The notes under the pieces are model-generated. The model did no database searches, was not told the origin of the DNA, and worked only from the letters and a program-made list of their open reading frames with translations. A stretch of 64,000 nucleotides of DNA from Octopus sinensis (taxonomy: Eukaryota). The position numbers and the translations under genes were made by a program. The stretch covers positions 93,248,001 to 93,312,000 of the forward strand of contig NC_043001.1 of assembly GCF_006345805.1 (NCBI RefSeq), written 5' to 3'. Shown here piece after piece: positions 54,575-64,000 of this stretch (position 1 is the first letter of the stretch; every line of letters begins with the position of its first letter).

Positions 54575-55192
54575 TAGGCGCAGGAGTGGCTTTGTGGTAA
54601 GTTGCTTGCTTACCAACCACATAGTCCTTGGTTCATTCCCTCTGCGTGCCACCTTGGGTAAGTGTTTTCTACCATAGCCGACCAAAGCATTGTGAGTAGA
54701 TTTGGTAGACGGAAACTGAAAGAAGTCCGTCGTGTATATATATATAATATATATATATATGTAGTATATATATATATATATATATATAAATAATAAATAT
54801 TAGGGAATAAATCCAAATTACAGGGAAAAATCCAATTTTATAGTAAAATATATAAAAATATATAAAATTAGAGACAAAACCACTATTTTGCAAAACAAAC
54901 AAGAAAGACTTAATCAATACATAAAAATTTAATAAATAGTCAAAAAACCGCCACTACAATCGTTTCTTGTCTTGATCGACAATCTCAGGTGGACTTCCAA
55001 TAAGTCAGTTTCAAATTTGAAACTGACTTATTGGAAGTCCACCTGAGATTGTCGATCAAGACGAAAAAACGATTGTAGTGGCGGTTTTTTTTGACTATTT
55101 ATTAAATTTATGTATTGATTAAGTCTTTCCTTGTTTGTTTTGCAAATAGTGGTTTGTCTCTAATAATATTTATATAATTATATATAATATAC

Positions 55193-55246
<54 letters not shown>

Positions 55247-55485
55247 ATATATATATATAAATAATACGACGTGTGTGTTTGTGTGTGTGGTGTGTGTTTC
55301 TGTGTCTATGTTTGTTCACATGACAACCGACGTTGATGTGTTTACATCTCGTAATTAGCGGTTTCGGCAAAGGCGACCCATAAGTACCAGGCTTACTAAG
55401 AATAAGTCCTGGGGTGAATTTGCTTGACAAAAGTTGGTGCTGCAGCATGGTCGCAGTCAAATGACTGAAACAAATAAAAGATTAA
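54575..55485 (+). mobile_element. SINE family B split at its internal microsatellite by a palindromic insertion
   Basis: 5' half at 54575-54732 and 3' half at about 55271-55485. Confidence 0.85.
54868..55163. mobile_element. Spacerless palindrome (2 x 148 bp), PLE-like, with hammerhead-like relics
   Basis: Centre CAGTTTCAAA|TTTGAAACTG at 55015/55016. Outer ends are TTAGAGACAAAACCACTATT and its reverse complement. Confidence 0.85.
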
Positions 55486-55486
55486 A

Positions 55487-55538
<52 letters not shown>

Positions 55539-55541
55539 ATA

Positions 55542-55722
55542 TTGGCTTCAAATTTTGGTATAACGTCAGTAATTTCGGGTTAGGGGTTAAGTCAATTACT
55601 GGTACAAATTTTATCGACCCCGAGAAGGATGACAGGCTAAGGAGGAATTTGAACAGAAACGTAAAGACGGATGAAATGTCGCCAAGCATTTTGTCCGACG
55701 TGCTAACAATTCTGTCAGCTTG
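55542..55722 (-). mobile_element. SINE family D
   Basis: TTTTATCGACCCCGAGAAGGATG...GAATTTGAAC...AAGCATTTTGTCCGACGTGCTAACAATTCTGTCAGCTTG. Confidence 0.8.
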
Positions 55723-55865
55723 TGCAATGTATGTTTAAACGTATGCATGTATGTATGGCTGGCTAGATGAATGGATGGATGAATGGACAGATGTATTTAC
55801 GTATGAATGAATGAATATATATGTATATGTATATATATATGTATAATATTATATATATATATATA

Positions 55866-55914
55866 ATATTATTTTATTTTATTTTATTTAGTTTCAGCTC
55901 ACAAGCTGTGGCCA
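55866..55914 (-). mobile_element. Isolated LINE/SINE-B-type 3' tail
   Basis: Minus strand ATGGCCACAGCTTGTGAGCTGAAACTAAATAAAATAAAATAAAA. Confidence 0.55.
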
Positions 55915-56133
55915 TATATATAGATATTTATATATATATATATATATATATAATTATATATATCTATATAATATATATATATATATATATTTATACATAT
56001 ATATCTCTGTGGTAGGAAATTGCATTGACCCTTTGGCCAATAACTGATGAGGATTTGGTGACCTTCGCTGACTGTTTCCAATTTTTATATTTACTATTTA
56101 ATGGAACGCCGTTTATTGTTATTTCGTTTATAT

Positions 56134-56442
56134 GTGGTTAGAGCGTCGAGCTTACGATCGTGAGTTTGTGAGTTCGATTCCCGGACCGGGCTACGTGTTG
56201 TGTTCTTGAGCAAGACACATTCTTTCACGTTGCTCCAGTTCACTCAACTGTAGAAATGAGTTGCGATATCACTGGTACCAAGCTGTATCGGCCTTTGCCT
56301 TTCCCTTGGATAACATCAGTGATGTGGAGAGGGCAGTATGCATGGGTGACTGCTGGCCTTCCAGAAACAACTTTGACCGGACTTGTGCCTCGGAGGGTAA
56401 CATTCGAGGTGCAATCTCATGGTCAGTCATGACTGAAGGGGA
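56134..56442 (+). mobile_element. SINE family C (tRNA-derived, CORE/Meta-like centre)
   Basis: GTGGTTAGAGCG...GAGTTCGATTCCC (B box), then GTGTTCTTGAGCAAGACAC...TTGCTCCAGTTCACTCAACTGTAGAAATGAGT. Single copy in the window. Confidence 0.75.
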
Positions 56443-56808
56443 TCATTATTTATGTAAATATATATACACCGACAGACAGACACACACACACAAACACACA
56501 CACACACACACATATATATATGTATATATATATATTTCGCATACAGAAATACATATATGCTTGTATACAAACACACACGCACACACAGGTGTGTGTGTGT
56601 ATATGTGTGTGAATGTGTGTGTGTGTGTGTAACTAATTTTTGTCGACTTAAATGTATTATTGACTTCTTTCGCTTCGCCTGAGGTTTTGTGTTTCCATAA
56701 GTAACAATATTATGTGAATCGGTTTCTGTATGTGCATGCGCATATGTGCATATATATATATACACACATACAAATACATACACACACACACACACACACA
56801 ACACACAT

Positions 56809-56859
<51 letters not shown>

Positions 56860-56953
56860 AATACACATATACAAATATATGTATGTATATATACATAATT
56901 ATGTACGTATAGAAAAACATACGTACATAGAGACATATTTACTTACACACACG

Positions 56954-57007
<54 letters not shown>

Positions 57008-57493
57008 CATACATTCATATACATGTGTGAGACCGCGTATGTGTGTTCTACAAACAAACAAAAAAAGTGTATATCAAAGTAAATAGATCAATGTATAAAC
57101 AATCAATAAAATCAAAACAAGAGCCTCAGATAATTAAACAAACTAATAAATGGAAAAACCTAAAGACTGATTAATAAACTTTGAAATACAAAGATATAAA
57201 CTTAAAAACAAGAAACCCGTATAAATACAAGCGTAGACACTTGCGCGCGCACATACCTAAGCCACCACATACCTAAACCGCCACACACCACTCTATGATT
57301 TTGATGTGTCTAATCTTGAGTATGATTAGAATGGTATTCTTCTTCAACAGTGTATTTCTTGTTATCTAGTTTATTTTCCACCATTCTAATATTCTTTGGA
57401 TTATATTCCTCTTGCTTTATATTCATCTTTGTTTGTTTATCTCTCTCTGTCTATCTGCCCCTCTCTCTGTATATATATATATATATTATATAT

Positions 57494-57543
<50 letters not shown>

Positions 57544-57985
57544 ATATATATATATATAATATTATTTATTCTGTTTCTGCGTTGCTTCGTTTTATTATCA
57601 TTGCTTGATTCTTTATGTTTAGTATTTTTTTTATTATCACTTTGTTTATTTGCTTCGTTCATCCATTTTATTTTACCAACTTTTTAAAAAGAAGCACCAT
57701 GAAAGAACACACACACATGTATGTATATGGGGAAATATGTGTGTATATATACATAAAATATCTACAAATGCACACATACATGTATACATACATTCATATA
57801 TATATGTGTGTGTGTGTGTGTATTCACATGCATACACACATATTTAATATCATCTGGGTAACTACCTTATAACGTGCATTTAAAAGCTCATCTATAAATA
57901 TTGGCTATCATATACTATCAAAGCAGGAATTTTTAATGAATATATATGTAGAAATCTCTTAGTGTATGCACAGTTCACACAAAAA

Positions 57986-58751
57986 TCTATATATATAAAA
58001 CTGAAGTTGTCTCTGTGTGTGGGTGTGTGGCAGGTTTTGGTAGCCTTTAACTAACACTATCTCCTCCGTGACCATGCGGCGCAAGTTGACCAAAATTGAG
58101 AGTATGATAGAAGAAGGCTTACTCTTCGTTCCTGTGGAGGCGCAATGGCCCACTGGTTAGGGCAGCGGACTCGCGGTCGTAGGATCGCGGTTTCGATTCT
58201 CAGACCGGGCGTTGTGAGTGTTTATTGAGCGAAAACACCTAAAGCTCCACGAGTCTCCGGCAGGAATGGTGGTGATCCCTGCTGTACTCTTTCACCACAA
58301 ATTTCTCTCACTCTTATTTCCTGTTTCTGTTGTACCTGTATTTCGAAGGGCCGGCCTTGTCACTCTCTGTGTCACGCTGAATATCCCCGAGAACTACGTT
58401 AAGGGTACACGTGTCTGTGGAGCGCTCAGCCACTTACACGTTAATTTCACGAGCAGGTTGTTCCGTTGATCGGATCAACCGGAACCCTCATGGTCGTAAC
58501 CGACGGAGTGCTTCCACTCCACTCTTCGTTCCGTAGACCAAAAATGATTTACATCGAAAAGATGCTTTTTTTCTATGAGTATCCCTATTTTGTACGATCT
58601 TTTTACTGCTGTGTCACCATTTTCGGTGTATTTCAACCAGAAAAATGTTGATTTATAGTTACATAATGCCAAACTTTTACTTCTCAAAAATTCCAAATTC
58701 TAAAGGGTCAAAAAGAAAACAAACCCGAGAAACGTTGGGCTATACTGCTAG
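57986..58751 (+). mobile_element. Non-autonomous Helitron
   Basis: 5' TCTATATATATAAAA followed by (TG)n. Subterminal hairpin CCCGA-GAAACG-TTGGG (58724-39) and 3' CTAG (58748-51). Inserted between A57985 and T58752 with no TSD. Confidence 0.8.
58133..58520 (+). mobile_element. SINE family A, tail type 1, full length (388 bp), nested in the Helitron with a 12-bp TSD
   Basis: TSD ACTCTTCGTTCC at 58121-58132 and 58521-58532. A and B boxes present. Confidence 0.9.
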
Positions 58752-60385
58752 TTTATAATAAAAGTAGGTGAAATCAACAGGTTTCAATCCAAATCAGAAC
58801 GATTGTTTCCGTGCTGAGTGTTTTAAATATGATATTATTGTATATATATTATATAAACCTGATCCAGGTAGAGCTGTGTACTCGTACGTCATCAGGTGAG
58901 TGGCTTTACATATACATATATATATATACTTACTAAGCTATACACATACTTACATGTATCTAAGACACATATGTATGTATACACATACACATATTTATAC
59001 ATGCATACATATAGTGATTGCCTGTGAGTTCATGTGTGCGTATGTAAGTATGAATGTATGCTGTATACATATGTATATGGGCGTCTGTGTTTGTATATGT
59101 ATGAGTAATTGTTTAGCTACAGGTCACACTACTAGAGCAGACTTATGGTGAAATATGTTTCAGCTGTTGCCATCATATATTCTTTCCTTTTAAAAACTGT
59201 ACTGATTGATTTACGAGAGATTATCTGATGTTTCCGTTGGGTTTAATAAAATGCCACACATTTACAAAAGAAGGAAATTTGAATTTTATTGCCATTATTT
59301 TTATTTCAAAGTAGCAGTAAAGTAGCAGTTCTAAATGGGAAAAATATTCAAAGCTAAACTATTCAATAAGCTGTTTATTCTTGACTGTAGGATGCAATTT
59401 GAAGGAAATTTAACAGCTATTACTAGCAGGCCCAACGACCACGTAAATTTTCCATTTCTAGCTCAGATTGTAGAAGTGAATATGCAAGATGATCCCTGCT
59501 AGCATTAAGACGCCAAATATTCTCCTGCTATATGCAGTATCAGTATTGTCGCCATTTTAATATCACGCGCAGGTTTTCAATACTGAGAATTCAAGAATGA
59601 ATACATGAATATATAAATACATAATATGTAAATAAATATTTCCCACTGCGAATTTTTTCATTAAAATTTTCAATTGCCTGCATTCTGTAAGTATGGAATT
59701 TACCGAAGTGTAATTGTTTTTAAAGAACATTATTTCTCAGATTTATGTGCAATAAGATTTGCTTCTTCGTATGCATGTGAGTCGTGTGAATATATCTATT
59801 TCTAGATGGTTTCTTGTCATTCACAGAAGCAAATTGATATTTAAAACTGTTCCCTTTGAAATTTTTATATTTGCATTTTATTTTCTTCTCATAATGCATT
59901 TCTAAAATGTTCCAATGCATTCTTAATTAAAACACGTAACTAATCACTGATTATGACACGTGATTTATCCTCCTTTCTGTTGTCGTTGTCGTGGTTGTTC
60001 TTTATTGCAATCAGGATCAACCCATCTTTCTTAATGCTGGGACTAAATCAGCTAACAAATCCTCCGATTAGTTTATAACGGTAATTGTAATATCAGGGAT
60101 ATTTGGCTGTTATTATTACCCGGTAGAGCAGCCATGTAACATCTAAGTGATATCTGTGAAGTTCATTTTAAATTTGTTTTAGCTAAAAAAAAGTGAATTA
60201 CTGACTGAAAATAGGTTTATAGGGAAAAAATAATACATGTAATTTGAGCTGGACTTTCAGTACAATTGTTTTACCAATGAAATAGAGAGTATTCTCTAAG
60301 TCGCTGTGCCTCTCAAAGCTCCCTCCTCTATTTTACAAACATGAAGACAACAATTGCTACTCAAAACAACATTAAAATATTTGTT

Positions 60386-60585
60386 TCTAGGCTTTTGGCA
60401 CAAGGATAACAATTTTAGGGGAAAAGATAGGTCGATATCATTGACCTGAGTCCAACTTGTAGTTATTTTATCGACACCGAAAAGAGAAAAAGTGGGCTAC
60501 AGAAATTATTTTGACTCAAAACGTATAGCCACAATGAATGCTGCTAAACATTTTGTCTGGGGCGGTAACGATTCTCCCAGCTTGC
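60386..60585 (-). mobile_element. SINE family D, decayed
   Basis: TTATTTTATCGACACCGAAAAG...GCTAAACATTTTGTCTGG...GTAACGATTCTCCCAGCTTGC. Confidence 0.7.
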
Positions 60586-60651
60586 TTGATGATGATAATG
60601 ATAATAAGGACGATGATGATGATGAAGACTATGAAGTTGATTATGATGATG

Positions 60652-60846
60652 TCGGTTTCAAACTTTGGTACAAGGCCAGCAATTTCAGAGGAGGGGCTAT
60701 GTCGATTGAATCGAGCACTGTGTTCAACCCTGAAAGGATGAAAGGCAAAGTCGACCACAGGGGAATTTGAAGACAGAACGCGCATACGGATGAAATGTTG
60801 CTAAGCATTTTCTCCGGCGTGCTAAAGATTCTGCCAGTGCATCGCC

Positions 60847-60848
<2 letters not shown>
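60652..60848 (-). mobile_element. SINE family D
   Basis: GAAAGGATGAAAGGCAAAGTCGACC...GCTAAGCATTTTCTCCGGCGTGCTAAAGATTCTGCCAG. Confidence 0.8.
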
Positions 60849-60912
<64 letters not shown>

Positions 60913-60961
60913 GTAATAATAATAGTAGTATAGTAGTAGTATAGTAGTAGTAGTAGTAGTA

Positions 60962-61019
<58 letters not shown>

Positions 61020-61020
<1 letters not shown>

Positions 61021-61226
61021 CCTTTCTACTATAGGTACAATGCCTGAAATTTTGTGGGAACGAGAAGTCGATTATATCGACCCTAGTACTAAACTGGTAC
61101 TTAATTTATCGATCCCTAAAGGATGAAAGGCAACGTCGACCGCGACGGAATTTGAACTCGGAATGTGCAGACTTACGAAATACCGCTAAGCATTATTCCC
61201 GGAGTGCTAACGATTCTGCAAGCTCA
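61020..61226 (-). mobile_element. SINE family D with an (ATT)n tail (60849-61019)
   Basis: CCTTTCTACTATAGG...CTGGTACTTAATTTATCGA...GGAATTTGAACTCGG...GCTAACGATTCTGCAAGCTC. Confidence 0.85.
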
Positions 61227-61236
61227 CAACCACCTA

Positions 61237-61312
<76 letters not shown>

Positions 61313-61757
61313 ATATATCTTCTGTATGTATGCTTAGTTTTTATGTCTTGTTTTATAGATAGCAATACAAAAGCGAAAATTGATAGGTAAATAGAAAAGA
61401 AATAAATATAAAAATAAACTGCTGATTATAAAGATCTGAACATTTTATACGGATTTCTAAAGTTTGCTTTCTATTGGCATAAAGATTGTGTTTGCCAAAT
61501 GATACGGCTGTAGAATTTTATTCCTGCTTGGGTATGAAAATATGCATTATCTTCGATATTTTTCTATATAGTCTTGCGTAATAAACATTACGCATACATG
61601 TTTACAGACGCATACACACACCTACACACATACATACACCTATGTGTATGTAAGCATACACATTGCATGTAAGTGCGTGAATTTGTATGTGGGTTGCTAT
61701 ATATATATATATATGAATAGATTTGTGCCTGAGTATATGTCTTTGTGTACGTATATA

Positions 61758-61795
<38 letters not shown>

Positions 61796-61906
61796 CGTAC
61801 ACAAAGACGTATATATATATGCATATATATGTATGCATACAATTATAGATAACTGTATTCGTGCATATATAAGAAATCATTGTTGCCATCCATTTATTTC
61901 CGTGAT

Positions 61907-61937
<31 letters not shown>

Positions 61938-62077
61938 GCTAGCATTATCATCATCGCCATCATCATTCATTCAAATTAACATTAATAATATTATCATCAT
62001 GGCTAATGTCATTTTTATTTTCCATGCACTTACATAAAAGACCACGTATGTATATATATGTGTGTATATATACATAT

Positions 62078-62148
<71 letters not shown>

Positions 62149-63145
62149 CATACATACATACATACATACACACCAACATACATACATACATACATACATA
62201 CATACATACATAAAGATATAGACAAATTTATTCTGTTGCAGAATTACTCCGGAACCAAAGAGCTGCTTGGGTTGAACATTCTTGTTGGCGCCATGGTCTT
62301 GGCTATGGAATCTTGCCAAAATAATCGAAACGTAACTTAAGCATATGCAACAAAGAATCTCTGACTATAGATGTGTCGCTTTGCACTGGAGATATTAAAT
62401 ATTATAGTCCTTACTTGTTGTAATTAGAAGGTGCAACGCTGAACTGAATAAATATAATACTCGGAAGATTTAACGACACTGTTTTCTCGTAAATCCGCCT
62501 TCCATTTTGCTCGAGAAATTCTATTCTTTCAATTTTAATATGCGACCAGGAAAATAGCCAATTCTCTTGATGTTGTTAGGGCTTAAATTCTCAGCATAAA
62601 TAACACAGGATTAGTTGTTGAGTGTCATCGATTGGAAGGAATCAAAATTGATTGCACTGTCACACAGATATACATACATATATGTATGGAGAATGGCAGG
62701 GAATAAAAGAGGTAGAGATAGATACATAAGAAGAGGTAGAGAGAGAGAGAGAGAGAGAGAGAAAAAGGGAGAGAGAAAGAGAGAATGAGAAAGAGATAGA
62801 CAGAGAGCGGGGTAAAGAGTAGAATTGTGTATGTGAAAAATATTTTTGTGATTTTTACGTACACACACACGTGTGTGTTTGTATGAGAGAACAAGTGTGT
62901 GTCTGTGTGTGTATGTGTGTGTATGTGAGTGTGTATGTGCGTGTATATGTGTGTGTATGTACGTGTGTGTGTATGTATGTGTGTGTGCGTGTGATGTTAT
63001 TGCATGGTGTCAGTTTGTATATGCGTATCTGTTCGAGAAACACTAATGAAAAACCGCGAACGTATGAGTGAGGTAGAAAGAGAGAAATAGAGAATAACAG
63101 AAATATAGAGATAGAGAAACAGACTGATAGATAAATAGATAGAGA

Positions 63146-63177
<32 letters not shown>

Positions 63178-63469
63178 GCGATAGAAAGATTGATAGGTAG
63201 AAAAAGAGAAAAATGAGAGAGTACGAGCGATCAAGCTACAGAGAAAGAAAGTGAGATAGATAGATATAGATAGATGTAGATAGACAGACATATAGATAGA
63301 TAGATATACAGACAGATAGACAGACAGAAAAGAAGACAGACAGATAGATAGATAGATTGTTTGATTGATTGATAGATAAATGGATAGAAAGTGAGAAAAA
63401 TGAAAGCGAGCGAGCTACAGAGAAAGAAAATGAGATAGCTAGATAGTGATAGATAAATAGATAGATAGA

Positions 63470-63483
63470 TAGAGAGAGAGGGT

Positions 63484-63539
<56 letters not shown>

Positions 63540-63847
63540 ATATGTTAAAACGCAGAAGAAAACTAGCAAAGATATGATAAAAATTGAAGAAGCACGAGCG
63601 AAATGAAAGATAAAATGTGAGAATAAAAGAAATATGAAAACAATCAGAAAGATGAGAGCAAAGAGAAGGAAGAGAAGTGTAGAAGAAGGACGGTCTACAA
63701 TGAAAAAGTGTAACTTCATACAGACTAAAGATGTGTTAAGTCAGATGTAGTGACAGATTGGTAAGAGAGAGCGAATGCTCGTGAATAACAAATCAGAGAA
63801 GAGAGTGAGAACGAGGCAAATAGAGAGAGAGAGATGAATTGACAAAA

Positions 63848-63925
<78 letters not shown>
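63470..63925. repeat. (GA)n-rich tracts
   Basis: Direct reading. Confidence 0.9.
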
Positions 63926-63928
<3 letters not shown>

Positions 63929-64000
63929 GGGATAAAAGCATTTATTAGAAAGCGTGAGTGAGAAGGAAAAAAGATGGCGATGATTGTTTCTGAACATTCA

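Noticed and set aside
58794-58899. Minus-strand hammerhead near-miss (CTGATGA-CGT...ACG-GAAA-CAATCG-TT)
   Set aside because: It has a 3-bp stem II with a ~70-nt loop, an inverted 10.1-11.1 pair and a mismatch at the first stem I pair. It could be a relic but is not supportable alone.
63195-63475. ~180-bp-period degenerate duplication (GCTACAGAGAAAGAAA...)
   Set aside because: It lies within purine-rich low-complexity DNA and is most simply slippage.

Overview
AT-rich, microsatellite-saturated eukaryotic DNA. The repeat content points to a coleoid cephalopod, most likely Octopus (inference). I find no convincing host protein-coding exon. Nearly all ORFs in the track are translations of simple repeats (YI/CV/HT/LS/poly-I). 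The window looks intronic or intergenic and is a mosaic of: (i) at least four tRNA-derived SINE families (about 25 copies, labelled A-D here); (ii) decayed CR1-group LINE 3' ends whose tail is shared with SINE family B; (iii) a non-autonomous Helitron with a nested SINE; (iv) a structured RTE-like 5' leader; (v) a MITE, minisatellites and many simple repeats. The most interesting signal is a set of small (TA)n-embedded fold-back elements carrying hammerhead ribozyme (HHR) motifs, in the style of Penelope-like elements (PLEs). One type I hammerhead at about 20259-20364 has an intact core. Several others are relics, including one downstream of a head-to-head duplicated tRNA-like head. All calls were made by eye, repeat boundaries are approximate, and family names recalled from the literature are unverified.
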